Positions 22,718 through 35,952 of a stretch of DNA of 64,000 nucleotides are shown here, one piece after another. The position numbers and the translations under genes are program-made. The DNA is from Neophaeotheca triangularis (Eukaryota), in NCBI GenBank assembly GCA_054600435.1, contig BAAIJX010000058.1, positions 62,001 through 126,000 of the forward strand. Direction: 5' to 3'. The notes under the pieces were generated by a model that saw only the letters and a program-made list of their open reading frames with translations, had not been told where the DNA came from and did not search any database. Within the stretch, counting starts at the first letter, position 1, and each line of letters begins with the position of its first letter.

Positions 22718-23685
22718 GCTGGGTCGGAGGGACATTTGGTGGCTGGGTGTGGGAAGAGGGCAGGAGTTTTTTGGGGTGTCATAATTGTGTACAGTGCTGA
22801 TTATTCAAGAAATTTTGAAAGGCAGATGGTACTGTATGTTTTGCTCTGAGACTATGGGGAATGGGTGTGGCGCTTTCAGTTTGGGGTCCTAGGATGGTCG
22901 TTTGCGGCGAAATTCAGAGACGCTACTTGCTCGGAGCGCGGAATAAAGCCTTTTACTCACACAGCGGCAATTGTGGTACTTGGTCGGGTGGCATTCCGAA
23001 CGCCGATGGACGCAGAAGCGTAGAGCTCCAAGTAGCCCAGAGAGATTCCCGGCAGATCGTTTTCTTCGGCCATCAGAGACGGTGTATGCTCGAACGGTGG
23101 GAAAGCCCCTTACTGCCGCTACCGGCAACAGCGGCATTTCTATCAACTGCATGTCAACGTGCCGAGGAGGGGCCAAGAGTCAAGGCAACTGTCTGCATGG
23201 CGACAGCAGTTCGACGGGTAGTGTTTGATTGTCCTTTGGAATCGAAACTCGAGGCCCCGGCAGACCATCTGCCCCCAGATTCCCGAGACGCAAGACGCTT
23301 AGAAGGTGGAGTGCTTGCCCACTGATGCTATCATTGGGACCTTAACATCTCTGCTGGCTGCCTGATGGCTTGCCGAGGAAGCGAAAAAGAACGCATACCA
23401 CAAATTTGCAAACATCTTCTCGGCATTGAAGCAACATTCGAATTTTCAGTCGCTTATCATATCGTCACCTATACTCATAGATATCATATATCAGCGCCTC
23501 GAAAGTAGGTATCATTCCCACCGCGAGCCCCTGATCACCACCCGAAACTCCCGAGACTCCCGAATTCAGATCCGTCCTAGTCGCTATCGTGCCCCCAACC
23601 TCGCTTGCCAGCCGCAACTCTCCTCCCCAGGCAGAGAATTCAACCCAACCTCACCGCACCAGCAAAACCACTTCTCCGCGCTTAT

Positions 23686-26451
23686 TCAAGCAATCAACTT
23701 ACGCCTCTTGCCCGGCTGTCGCACTGGCTCATCATCATCATCATTCTCGTCCTCGGCATCGCCATCCACTTCAGCAGCGGGAGATGCACGCTTCCCCGAC
23801 ACAGTACCCTCGGCATCGCGATCAGACGCTCCATTTCCATCTGTCATGGCAGCCTGCATCATTTCTCCATAGAGCTGGGCAGCGATTTGAGTCTCTGGGC
23901 CAACATTCTGAATTCCCTCCGCCTGCACAGCATGCTCCACTTCAGCACTCTCGCCACTTGGACCGAAGTCATCAGAGACAGCGGCGGGATCGTCGGGAGT
24001 CGTATTTTCATCCAGGACCTCTGATCCTGCACCCGAGGGGAAGTCGCTGCTCGATGGAAATCCAGCACCCACACCCTGCGATCCCTCACCCTCACCAAAG
24101 CTTCCAGTAAACGGCAACCCGTTGACCTCCTCAACCCCGTATCCCGCGCCCCAGTCAAAAGACCCACTGCCCTCGAAACTCGTTGGCTCCGTATCATCAT
24201 AAGCGAGCTGAGGTTTCGCATCCAGAGAATCATCCACAACAGCGCCGGCATCATCCGAGACAGCAGTGGCAGCTTCCCTGAGACCTTGAATGAAACTGTC
24301 ACTTCCGGGTTTAGCGTCCACAGCACCAGTGAGGGCGAAACCAGTTTCTCCTGGGTCTTGGTGGTTGTTGTTGGTGAGTGCGGGATTGATGTTAGGGAGG
24401 TGCGCGAGCAGGTCGTAGTTGTCGTCGGTGTCGTCGTCGACGACGGAGTTGGAGTGGAAGTCGATGAGGTCTTGGGTGCTGAAGCCAGGGAGTGGGTTGT
24501 TAGGATCAAAGTCATCGAACTCGAAGTTCGTGGTATCGAAAGTGGTATTGTCCAAGTCGGCGGCGCTGTCGAAATCTGCAGTTGTGTTGGCGGCCTGAAC
24601 ACCGGGGGCATTATCCACCCCATTTGACGCAGGCGGGAGGTCTTCTGCTTTGTTACCGTCGTACTCGAAGTCGAAAGCCATGTAATCGACACCCTCAGCC
24701 GTTTCGCTAGTCTGGGCGGGTGTTGTGCCATCAACATGCGTCGACGTAGGAGGGGAGTCTTCCGGCTGGTCAGGCTGGAAGGGGCTGCTGGCCTCGTCGT
24801 CAGCGTCGAAAGTGCCGTCCCCGGGGTTGGAATCGTTGATTTCTATGGCTTCGCGCTCATACACGGCGTTCGTCGAAGCGGGCTCGCGCCGGTCCCGATC
24901 TTCCAGAAGGCTCGCGGCCATGGCGGTTTCCATTGCGGTGTCCTCGTCGTACACCACAGCGGGATGAATCTGGCTGTTCGACCCACCCTCTTCCCAGTCG
25001 CCCATAGCGCCGCGCATCATAGGAAGGCCGTCGTACTGGACTTCACGAACTAGCGAGTCCTCGCCTTCGATCTGCAGGCGAGAGCCCGGAGTACCCGCCG
25101 AGGCATTCTGCATGAACTCATCATGCTCCCTCAACGCTTCTGCCGCTTCCCTCGCAAGCTCCGACCTAGTCCTCTCCTCCTCGATCTCCCTAGCAGCCCT
25201 CTCCTCTTCGGCCCTCGCAAGCTTCTCCGCGTTCTCAATCCTGGCCCTCTCTTCTGCCACCAAAATCTCCTCGGCCGACATCTGCAAATGCCCGATCCCT
25301 CCCGAAGTGGGCAAGAAGTACTCCGCCTTCCTCTCTTCAAAAGGCTTCTCCTCTCCTTCCCTAACCCAGCCCCATTTCCCGCTAGGCTTGTGCACCTCTA
25401 AAGTACCCCTGGGACGATCATCACCCTTTGCTCTTCCCATGGCCTCAACTTCTTTCTTGCGCTCACTGAAAATATGACGCACCTCCCAATCAACCCCCGT
25501 CTTCTCCTTGAACAACTTCTGGAACACACGGAAAGCGGCCAAAAACGTCGACCCAACGGCACAAGGCACATTGTGCGTAGCCAGCTGCTTCGTGGCCGCA
25601 AAGTGCGCGTTGACAGCATAGGTGTGCGGGAAGGCGTTGGATTCGTAAATCTGGAGAGTGAGCTGGGGAGTTAGGTCAGCTGGTCGGGGAACCGGGCTGG
25701 GGCTTTCTCATGGGTGTTTCTCAACGTACCGTCAGATTGTGCCGCTCGTTACGGTTCTTTTTGATGTCGACTTTGGTGAGCAGCACTTCGTAGGCGAAGC
25801 CCGTGCTGTCGCGGTAGATGTGGTGGTTTGCTATAGGTACAGTCAGTAAGCTACGCTGCGCAATCTCAGGGGAAGCTCCCACTCACCGGAGAGCAACTCA
25901 TTCCTCGCCTTCCGGCTACCCCGGGAAAACGGATCCACGACGACAGGGGGTTCCTCCCTTCTGGGCAGGCGGTTCGCAGCCTCGATGCTCACATTCGAAG
26001 CCTCGCTCGCATAGCCATTCGCCCTACCCGACGAGGAGGCCACTAGCAAGCCGCCTGGAGCAAAAGCCGCACCTTTCTTCTTCAAACCATCATCGCCACC
26101 AACTCCACCCACCGCATCCACCCTTACAGCCCCATCCAGTGTCTCCCACAAATACGGCCCCTCTTTCTTCTTACTCGACCCCTTCAAACTATCATCCAAC
26201 CAATCATAACTCACAATCATAACCTTCTGCCCGTGCTTCTTGGCCTCAAGAGCAGCTCGCACATTGCCCTTTTTCGCCTTCCAGGCTTCACGGGAAGCGA
26301 CGAGGTGGGTAGTTTCCTCGGTGAATTTGGGCAGCAAGTGGCCGTGTTGCCGCGTTACCCATTTGAGGATGTTGTCGGGAGTGTAGGAGGCGTTGTTGAA
26401 AGCGCCTTCGAGCGTGATGTGGCATTTGGAGAGGGGTTTTTTGTTGCCCAT
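23686..26451 (-). CDS. BRCT + WGR-like domain protein with long acidic tail, 3 exons
   Basis: BRCT (WVTRQHG..TTHLV..IVSYDWLDDS), spliced via introns at ~25886-25832 and ~25729-25651 to HHIYRDSTGFAYEVLLTKVD...IYES...FQKLFKEKTGVDW. Confidence 0.75.
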
Positions 26452-28584
26452 TTTTGTTGTGGCAGGGGACTTGGTCTTTGTGGTAGGGTCGATCAGATAG
26501 GAAGGGGATTCCTAATTGTTGTTTGCAGGTGTGTGAGAAGGTATCAGGTGCTTTTGTAGAAGGAGGAGGGATAAGAAGGCAGTCACCAGGCGCGTCACGG
26601 CGTTCCTGATTGTCGCACACGTTCACACTGCTACGCACGTGAGCTTCAAAGCCACTTCAGGAGTGAAGCTAAGGAGCTCAATGAAGCTTCTAGGTTGGTG
26701 CGGCCTTTGAAAGCTGAGGAGTAAAGCTTGGGCTCGAGACTGGGCCTTGGGGTTTCTGGATGCTTCGCGAAGATAGTCTCAGCTGGTGAGACTTTCGATC
26801 AAGGCAAGAGACTGGATGACCTGGAGGTGGTGGTGTGGAAGTGTCGAGAGAATACTCGGTCGTTCCGCGAGGTTAGGAGAGTACTGAACTGCTGGCTCTC
26901 CGTAAGCAGGGGATTGGACTGTATTGTGAAGAGTGACGACCCTTTCAGTCAAAGTTCGTGGAATGTTTCAGTAAAAGATGTGGACTTGCCGGACGCTCTG
27001 TATGGTCTTGTGGAGGTGTCAATGAAAGGGTCAATTGCTCCACGAGGTAGGCCGGATGATGCCGATTGGCTTTCTGGAGGCTAAGGAGTGAAGCTGAGAC
27101 TTAGACCCAGGGCAGCTTGAAATGATACTGGAACCTTGAAGTGATCAGGTTCCACCAACATTAAAGTCCGAAGAATGGCTCGGCAGACGGGCAGCAGAGT
27201 CACCGAGTAGAATTGGCTAGGTGGTAGGATGTCTTGGAAAGCCCGGAGCTGGAGTGCCAACTTGAAACCTGAGCAGCAGAGGTCGTTCCCAGAAGGCTAA
27301 GCCGTCCTTCTTTCAAAAGCCAAGGAGTGAGGTTCCAGCTTGAGACTTTGAGTCACCGATATCTATTCCAGCAGCCTTGAGCTCGAGTCGTCCTTATCAA
27401 ATGGAAAGGCTTTGGTAGAAGGAAAAGGAGGATGTTGATGTCGAGATAGAAGAGGTTGGTAGGACAGACGCACAGGGGAGCGGAAGATATAGGCTTTCCA
27501 GCACAGCCTAGCACGTGATCTTTACAGTTAGTCTCACGAGTAGATGTGAAGCTTGTGAGCTGCATCAAAAGCTTGAGTAGTGAAGTACGACGGGGGATGC
27601 AAGGGCAGTCAGCTCTTCGTCAGGAAGCTCATTCAGCGAGTAGCCTAAGCGATGAAAAGGGGCTCGCTGGCTTTCTGCCGTAAAAGACAGAGCTCGGGTC
27701 GGTGTTGCGTGGAAGAGCGCGTGCTGATGTGCTCAAAAAAGACCTACTCAATAGAGTAAATAAAACCGTCACGACCGACGGCCATAGCAGCATACTCGCC
27801 AAAGCCGCCGCGCGCCCAAAAAGGAGACGAAACTCACTTATCAGAGCCGCGCAGCCACCGCCAAAACTATGGCCCACGAGCACGAGGTTTGTTCCACCAG
27901 GATTCTTTCCCACATCGCAAAACTCCAGAACCTCCGCGTGCATCACGACCCTTCAGCGCCACCTCCACTCTCCACGCCTCGAAACCAACAACTGCCGCCA
28001 AGCCGTGCCAAATACCTACCGAGCAACCGATGAGTGCGAGGATCCCATCCAGCACCGGGGGAAACGCGTCAACCAACTCTCTCTCGAAGACGAAGATACA
28101 ATGTCCCGACCGCTCTGAGCTCCCGAGAAGCCAGGCTGTTGATTTAAATGCAACTGGCGGCAACGAGATACGGGGAAATTTTTCTGTAGTCGACGCCGAA
28201 GATCTGGGTGGAAAGATGGCGGTCCCTAAACCCAGGCAGAGAGGTGTATGCGGGACCTGGTGCAGCGAAGTGGGCAGGGGTGACGATAGCGGCCCTTTTC
28301 ACTTCCGGAAATTGGACAGGGTAATAGGTAGGGAGGGATGGAGGGGGGTTTGAAACCGTTGAAGAGTCGGTTTCCAAGCTCAAAGTATCTATACGCAAGT
28401 TTAGCGAGAATCCAGGAGAAACCGACATCTCTTGTTCAGGGACGGTCGGTGGGGGCGACAAAGCCCATCCAGCAACAGCAGCCGCCACAGGATGCCATCT
28501 CCGCCACGCACATTCCAAACCCCAAGCCGAGCTCAGCGCGACCACTTCACTCCCTCAAAGCACCAATGAAGAAACTCTTAACCT

Positions 28585-30924
28585 TCACAACTCCACCCCT
28601 TTGGCCTCCCTCACAAACGATCCAATCCTCTCCAAACTCTGCTCCCCTCCCTCGCCCTCAACACCACTACTAACATCCACAGCGACAACTTTACCCTTCA
28701 GCTCCCCCAAGCCCTCAACCGCAGCTCTAACGTTCTCCGGAGCAAGCCCACCCGCAAGAACAATCCGCAACCCCTCATCCCTCCTCAGCAGATCCCTGAC
28801 CTGCGACACATCCACCCTCTCCCCGGTACCGCCCGCGCCGGAATCGACGAGGGGGAGGGCGTGGTAGCCGACGGTGGCGAGACCGGGGTCGGTGGGTTTG
28901 AAAGCGCGGAGGACGGGTACTGGTAGCTGGGAAGCGAGCTCGAGGGGTTCGGAGCCGTGGAGTTGGACGAGGTCGAGGTTAAGGAGGCGGACTTGGTGAA
29001 GGATGTAGGCGAGGGGTTGGTTTTGGAAGACGCCGACAAGAAGGGCGCGATTGGGGTGACGGAGGTTGTTGAGGCCTGTGTGGGCGAAATAGCTGGTTGC
29101 TGTTTCGTCGGAGTCTGGGGAAGTGGGTGCTGCGGCGGAGGGAGAAGGGCGGAGAGTGGAGTGGATGGTTTTGGAAATTTCGAGCGCCGTCTCGGTGCTG
29201 ACGCAGCGTTTGCGGCCGGGGACTAGTATCATGCCTATGAGGTCTGCACCAGCTTCGATGGCGGTTTTGGCGGCTTGGGCGGAGCGGGTCCCGCAGATTT
29301 TGACAAGGGGTTTGCGGGTGCCGGTCCTCTTTACGGCGTCGATGTCGCCCCCTAGCAGCTGAACAATGAACTTGGCGGTGTCTTTGGCTCGCATAAGGGC
29401 TTCGCCTACAAGAACTGCACCCACCCCGTTTTGTTGATAAGGGACGACGTCCTGTGGGCCGGCAATGCCACTGAGAGCGCAGACAACTGTATCTTTTGGC
29501 ACCATTGACATGAGTCGGACAGTTGTGTCCATGTCCACTTCGAAAGAGGTGAGGTTACGGTTGTTGACACCAATGACCTTGGAGCCGAGATCAACTGCGA
29601 TTTTCATCTCGTCGACAGTGTTGACTTCCACAAGCGGCTCCATGCCAAGACTTTGCGAGTACTTGTAGAGTCTAGTAAGCTCTTCTGTGGTCAACATCTT
29701 CACAATGAGCAGGACAGTATCTGCACCTGCTAAACGTGCTTCGAGGATCTGGTACTCGTTGAAGACAAATTCTTTGCGCAAAACAGCTGGCCGGTTCGGC
29801 ATGCCTTCCAACGCCCGCCTCACACTTCGCAGATCGTCTATGCTGCCCTTGAACCATTCTGGTTCTGTCAGTACGCTTATGACACTAGCGCCGGCTAAAG
29901 CGTAAGTGCGAGCTTGCGCAGGCGCACATGCAGAGAGCGAGATGACACCCTTGGAAGGCGAAGCACGCTTGATCTCCGCCATGAGCGAGAGCTTGAAGGG
30001 TGATTTCCGCAACCGCTCGGGGAAAGATACAAGGGGTGGCGAAAGGTCGAGATCGTAGGCCGCTTGAAGATCCTCCAGCCTTTGCGAGGGGATTTCCATT
30101 TGCGCCGAAACTGCCGCTCTTCGATGATCGTAGATGCGCTCCAAAATGGAAGCCTTCTTCTCAGTCTTCGCCACAGCACCATCCCCCTTCACATCAACCC
30201 CATTAGCCTGCGCACCCCCCGCAGATTTCTGCAATTTTTCATTCTCGGCCCAAGTCCCCCCCTGCATACGCAAGAAATTCTTACACATGGTCCTCCCCTC
30301 GGCAGTAAGAATACTCTCCGGATGAAACTGCACACCCTCGACCAAAAACTCGCGATGCCTAACACCCATGATAACCCCCTTGCCCCCATCCTCACCGACG
30401 GCAATCCACGAGCTCACCTCCAAACACTCCGGCAGGGTCGGATGCGTACCCGCCAGCGAATGGTAACGGGTAACGGGCAAATCCTGGGCGAGGCCGGCAT
30501 AAACGCCCTTGCCATCGTGACGAAGCGGGGAAGTCTTGCCGTGCAGAATCTCGCCAGTCTTCTCGACGACACCGCCAAAGACGGAGTAGATGCATTGCTC
30601 GCCCATGCAGACGCCGAGGACGGGGATCTTGCCGGAGAAGTGCTGGATAGCGGACTTGGAAATGCCGGAGTCGGTTTCCGGGTGTCCTGGGCCGGGGCTG
30701 ATGACGAGTTGGGTTGGTTGCGCGGCGATGAGTTGCGGGAGAGTGATTTCGTCGTTGCGGTAGACGGTTACGGTTGCGCCTTCGAGGACGAGGTATTGGT
30801 AGACGTTCCAGGTGAAGGAGTCATAGTTGTCGATGAGGATTAGTTTGGAGGCTGTCGGGATGGGTGCTGCGGGCGAGGGTTGTTGAGGGGAGTGGTCGAC
30901 CAGGTCGTCGTTTTCGGCTGCCAT
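28585..30924 (-). CDS. trpC: Trifunctional tryptophan biosynthesis protein (GATase, IGP synthase, PRA isomerase)
   Basis: [75 protein letters not shown]. Confidence 0.97.
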   Translation of the reverse strand: MAAENDDLVDHSPQQPSPAAPIPTASKLILIDNYDSFTWNVYQYLVLEGATVTVYRNDEITLPQLIAAQPTQLVISPGPGHPETDSGISKSAIQHFSGKIPVLGVCMGEQCIYSVFGGVVEKTGEILHGKTSPLRHDGKGVYAGLAQDLPVTRYHSLAGTHPTLPECLEVSSWIAVGEDGGKGVIMGVRHREFLVEGVQFHPESILTAEGRTMCKNFLRMQGGTWAENEKLQKSAGGAQANGVDVKGDGAVAKTEKKASILERIYDHRRAAVSAQMEIPSQRLEDLQAAYDLDLSPPLVSFPERLRKSPFKLSLMAEIKRASPSKGVISLSACAPAQARTYALAGASVISVLTEPEWFKGSIDDLRSVRRALEGMPNRPAVLRKEFVFNEYQILEARLAGADTVLLIVKMLTTEELTRLYKYSQSLGMEPLVEVNTVDEMKIAVDLGSKVIGVNNRNLTSFEVDMDTTVRLMSMVPKDTVVCALSGIAGPQDVVPYQQNGVGAVLVGEALMRAKDTAKFIVQLLGGDIDAVKRTGTRKPLVKICGTRSAQAAKTAIEAGADLIGMILVPGRKRCVSTETALEISKTIHSTLRPSPSAAAPTSPDSDETATSYFAHTGLNNLRHPNRALLVGVFQNQPLAYILHQVRLLNLDLVQLHGSEPLELASQLPVPVLRAFKPTDPGLATVGYHALPLVDSGAGGTGERVDVSQVRDLLRRDEGLRIVLAGGLAPENVRAAVEGLGELKGKVVAVDVSSGVEGEGGEQSLERIGSFVREAKGVEL

Positions 30925-32455
30925 TGTCTTTTTTAAAGTGGTGACTCTTGGTCTTCCTTGGAGAAGTGGCGGCAGATGGTAACAAAGTCGGCCTGTAGAA
31001 GGTTGAGTCTAGGGAGATGCTTGGCAGGAAGATATCCCGTTACACGACAGAATTGAAAGTGTTCCAGGTTCTCGTTAGGAAGTTGTGTCCTATGCCAAGT
31101 CGTGTCGTTGTCGAATGGCCGGGCTAGGTGTGATGACTCCAATGAGAAAGTGCAAGCGCTTCATCCCTTCCCTTTGCGGCTAGTTTGTTTGCTTAGTCAG
31201 CAGATTTTTGTGACGCAGATCCCACCTCACTTGCTACCGGCCGGGCCACATGGACGACATTCAAAATACCATCTCGGTAGTAGTAGTGCATGAATCATCA
31301 CTATCAGAATAAAATCAGGGAATAACCATCCTACATCCCACCAATTCAAATAGCATTCCATCTCAGCTTCTCGATCACCACGAGCCCTTACTACCTTCTA
31401 GCGAGTCCAACTATCCAAAGCCACCCGCAACTAGTCTTAAAAAAACTTCCCTAAAGCTATAGTGTAGTCTCGAACCAAGAAGAAACTTACACCTGCCGGG
31501 GACACATATAGCCAACCCAAATTCTTCGAACAATCTAGTTTCCCCAGCGGAAGCCACAACTCCCAGGTTTTGCACCGTGACTACCTACATACATAGTAGG
31601 AGAGGGTAACACAGAGGTAAGTAGTCGTGTTTCCAGAACAGATTCCAGGGCAAGACCATTGGCCAACATCCAAACCCATGGATACATTCACGCCGGACCA
31701 AAGTGATAAATCTATCAACACCTACTTGACAATGACGGAAACAGGACAAAGCAGTCCCACTCGACCCATATCTCCGTCAAACTTCCCTGATACGCTCGAC
31801 TCCACTCTCCTCGACTCCATCTCATAATGCACCACACCCCGGCTTTCATTCGACCCAAAAAAGACCTCTCAAACGCCCCCTCGCGCGTTGGCCTTTCTCG
31901 CTGGTCTAGCAGACCCGACGTGCCTGCTCGCGTGCGTAGCTCTTCTGTAGCTTTCTTGCAAAAGTCTAATCATGCCATGCCGGGCTGCCCTGCCCTTACG
32001 CAGATGCATTTCCCACTACTAATCCCAGCCACTGAAATCCCCGTTTCTTCTCTCGAAACTCTTTACCGGATATGCCCACCCCACCCTTGGGCGTTCGGAG
32101 GATCGTTAAATCATGTTTGCTCAAGAGTGTGAGCTCCGTTGTGCCCGAGTAGATGATGAGTCCGCGCGCTCGTCGGCCGCATGGTTGAGGTGTTCTACTG
32201 CAGTCACTGTTTGGTCAGGGGATGTTGTCAGTAGTCTGGCGCACTCGGACCAGATCGCTAGGCGTAGGTAGGCAAGCGATACCACGTCCACAACAACCCA
32301 CTGCACGCTCGGCCGACGTAAGCAACGTCGAGTCCTCAGTAACAATCACCGTCCAAAAGGCATCAATCACCACTCTCAACACCAACCCAACCCAGCAGTA
32401 CATTCGTATCCCCACCAAGTAGTAAGTAAAACCTGTCTCTTGACTTTCCCACTCC

Positions 32456-33922
32456 TCACGTCGGCCGATCCAACCCCTCCATCAAAAAATCACTCAAATC
32501 CAAATCCCGATTCCCTGCAGTCGCACCATCGTCTGACAGGCCCAACATCAAATCATCTGGGTTGCCGAAACCCTCATACCCCACAGGCGCTTGCGTGCTA
32601 GGCAGACCCATGGGTTCGTGGAGTTGGTGTTGTGGGTCAAAAATGTCAGGGGGGTAGGATTCATGAGAGTTGGCGTTGCCGTTGAGACTGGCAGTGGGAG
32701 TCTGGGTTTGAGGCTGCGTTGCCAGCATTTGCGGCGGCGGCGCGAAAGCGGTGGCCTTGGGCGCCATGGCGTGCGTGCGGCCGCAACATTGAGCCCAGCT
32801 TCCGGTGATGAAATTTTGCATTGTGGGGGGGCAGTTTGAGCAGGTGCAGCCGTTCAGGCCGCATTTTTGGCAGATGGCGTTGGGGTATTGGTAGCTTTGG
32901 TAGGTGGCCATGAGTCTGTCGTAGTCGAAAGGGGCGGGTTGGTAGGGTTGGGGTGGGGGTTGGTAGTTGGGGTTGGGGTTGAATTGGTTGTCGGGGGTGT
33001 TGTAGGAGAATTGGTTTTGAGGGGGTGGACCGCTCTGGCAACAAGACTTGACTGGCTGTGGTTGGGGTTGAAATTGTTGAGAAGTTGGTGTAGAGTTGAA
33101 ATGCGCCGGCGGAGAGAAGAAGTCGTTCTGCGGCGCTCGAGGGGCTGGCGAAGGTGCTGAGCTTTGACAGCAAGAGCTTCGCTGTTCCTGTTGCTGTGCG
33201 TGTTGAAAGGTATTCTGAGGGGGCGGGAAGTCTCCTGTTGCTTGCGTTGGCGTGTAATCCCAACTCAGGGGATTGGGGATAGTAGTAGCTTCACTTCTCT
33301 GCGAAGACTCGAGATCCATCATGCTGAAGCGGGGTGTGATGCTTGCTTGTCGTTGTGGAAGTAGATTCTCGTACGGACTCGGCACGATGCTGATCGGAGT
33401 CTGGTGTTGCGGAGCAGGTGTGCCGTACGTGCTACTATCATTTTGAGAAGTATGAGGGCTGCCGGGGAAAGAAAATGGAGTACTTGGCATAGTCATGGGT
33501 GTCGATAAATTCTGTCGATCTTCGAGTGCCTCCCTGGACGGAAAGAAGTCGACCACCGGTTTGTTCATAGCTATCAATTCTTTCCAGTCTTCGGGCTCCA
33601 AGAGGCAGCAGAACCGACCCTGCTCATCGCATCGACACTCTCCGGATCTCTTCTCACCCTTTTTCGGTTTGTGAGGGCAGACGGTCCTGGCCGTGACGCA
33701 GCGGCAACCTCCAGTGGCTCCATACCGACACGTACAGGAATTGGAAGGTCGTCCAGGTCTTTTAACGGTCCAGAAAACCTTTGAACGACATACCGGTATG
33801 CCACAGGAAGTAGTACGGTGACCTCGAATACACGACATGCACGCCACCTTGCATGCTTGGCCCGTGTGTCGGTCTACGACCTCGATGGTCTTGAAAGGTT
33901 TAGTATTTTCCGCTTCCGCCAT
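32456..33922 (-). CDS. Copper-fist (Ace1/Mac1-like) DNA-binding protein
   Basis: KVACMSCIRGHRTTSC...KRPGRP..CTC; internal SCC motifs; C-terminal CQKCGLNGCTCSNC..QCCG. Confidence 0.8.
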   Translation of the reverse strand: MAEAENTKPFKTIEVVDRHTGQACKVACMSCIRGHRTTSCGIPVCRSKVFWTVKRPGRPSNSCTCRYGATGGCRCVTARTVCPHKPKKGEKRSGECRCDEQGRFCCLLEPEDWKELIAMNKPVVDFFPSREALEDRQNLSTPMTMPSTPFSFPGSPHTSQNDSSTYGTPAPQHQTPISIVPSPYENLLPQRQASITPRFSMMDLESSQRSEATTIPNPLSWDYTPTQATGDFPPPQNTFQHAQQQEQRSSCCQSSAPSPAPRAPQNDFFSPPAHFNSTPTSQQFQPQPQPVKSCCQSGPPPQNQFSYNTPDNQFNPNPNYQPPPQPYQPAPFDYDRLMATYQSYQYPNAICQKCGLNGCTCSNCPPTMQNFITGSWAQCCGRTHAMAPKATAFAPPPQMLATQPQTQTPTASLNGNANSHESYPPDIFDPQHQLHEPMGLPSTQAPVGYEGFGNPDDLMLGLSDDGATAGNRDLDLSDFLMEGLDRPT

Positions 33923-34822
33923 GGTTGAAGATGTGTAGGTTTCGAGACGGTCGACCCCCTCTCGCCTCAGGCAGCAAGGTGCAAGGTGCAAGGTGCAAGG
34001 TATAAGGTTGGAGTGTCAAGGTAAAGTGGTCCAGCCGATCACGTGATGTGGTGGAAAGTAAAGGTAGCGTGCCGGGGTATATTTGGTGGCAGTGAAACCA
34101 TACTGGCGCCCCTCGTTGAGCAAGACGAATCGCGGCGTTTTTTCTTCTTCAGCTCAGCTTTTAGCCAGAAAGACGAGAGGTTGAAAGGTAGAAGAGGGAA
34201 TGTGGAATCTTGGGCTCTCGTCTGAGCAAGTTTTGAGCACAGGCCACTATACGTGCATATGTGTACATACTCAGTAGTACATAAGGTACTATGGATGTGA
34301 GGTTGAGGAGGCGACTCAGGCGAGCCTAGAGCAGGTGAGAGCGAGGCATCAACATCAACATTGACATTAACATCAACGTGGTTGTCGCTTAAGTGTGTAC
34401 TATATTATACTGTATTGTATTGTATTGTAGTTATCTCGGCATACTCACCTCTCGTACCGGGCTGATTGCCATGAAGTCGCTACTTACCTTATTGAATCGG
34501 CCGAGGTGTCCCGATAGTCACCGTAAATTACCTATTTGAGAGTCAAGACGTCGGGTGAGTAAGCAGAATATATAAGGTAGTTAGGTACCTAGGTTAGGGT
34601 AAGTTACTCACGGCAATCCGGCGGCTTACGACCAACATCGGCCGGCCGGCAACGACGGACGAAACATAAGTTTACCTTAGGGTAGGGTAGGGTAAGGTCA
34701 GTAATTCCCATCGCCCATCAAGGTAAAAATCAACAATCAATAATCAATACCAACTAACCTTACACACTCGATCACCTGACTTTTGCCAACACCCACCTGC
34801 ATCCATCGCCTTCTCTTCAAAC

Positions 34823-35952
34823 ATGCCCGGGTCAACATCTTCCGACGATCAAGGAGCAGATCTCGACATTTTTCAAGAACCCGAAGGCTTTCGTGAACCC
34901 GAAAAGCAGCCAACTTTTGCCCAACATCGAATGCTGGACGGCCGTGACTTGAATGTCAGACTCGTCGGTCATAATCCCCTATGGGTAGGTGTTTTTGAAA
35001 CTTTTTCCCTCCGTTTCCTCTCATTTTTCTTGGGCTCGATGGATTGCATGGACGGTGGGAAATGGGGAAAAAAACTTCAAGAGAAATCAGGTCGAAGCGA
35101 AACGTTTCTATTCGAGATTTGCAGAAATTCTTGCATGCTCCGGTAAAGGAATCAAAAAAAACCTCAAGGCGGAATAGAGGCACAAGGGCGCAACACATAA
35201 CCCCCAGCCCCCATATCCGCCCCTTCCACCACCCACTGGTACCCTCAACCTTCGACACCTACCCCAAAACCCCACATCAAACTAACCCTTTCCCTCTCCG
35301 CGCAAAACAGGGCCACCACCTCTGGAATGCCGGCCGCGTCCTAGCCCACTACCTCGAAACCCACGCATCCAGCTACCTCCACTCCCGCAAAATCCTCGAA
35401 CTCGGCGCAGGAGCAGGTCTCCCCTCCTTAATATCCGCCAAATCCGCCGCAACCTTCACGCTCGTGACCGACTACCCCGACGCCGAACTAATCCAAAACC
35501 TCACCCACAACATCTCCACCACCCTAACACCTGACGAGCAAACGCGTATAACAGCCGAGGGTTTCCTATGGGGAGCGGATCCCGCCCCTCTCCTCAATAA
35601 ACTCCCCCAGGACTCTCAGTCGTCTGGTTTCGACACTCTGATCCTCGCAGATGTCCTCTTCAACCACTCCCAACAACCCGCTTTACTCCAAACTCTACTC
35701 CAAACGCTCTCGCGCTCCAATCCCGAGGCGTGCGCTTTGGTCTTCTTCACGCCCTATCGGCCTTGGTTGTTGGAGAAGGATATGGCGTTTTTTGATTTGG
35801 CGAGGGGCCGGGGATTGGTGGTTGAGAAGGTTTTGGAGACGAGGATGGAGAGGGTCATGTTTGAGGGGGATCCTGGGGACGAGGAAGTGAGGAGGACGGT
35901 TTTTGGGTTTGAGGTTAAGTGGGGGGGAGAGGGAGCGGAGGGGAAAGTGTGA
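34823..35952 (+). CDS. EFM7: Protein N-terminal/lysine methyltransferase EFM7 (NNT1), 2 exons
   Basis: RLVGHNPLW|GHHLWNAG (intron 34985-35310); ILELGAGAGLPS, VTDYPD, LILADVLFNH, FFTPYRPWL, MFEGDPGDEEVRRTV. Confidence 0.92.

Noticed and set aside
26700..28550. Short overlapping ORFs between the BRCT gene and trpC
   Set aside because: No recognisable domain or consistent exon structure.
34676..34697. Interstitial telomeric repeat (also 41134-41160)
   Set aside because: Only single TTAGGG matches within degenerate G-runs.
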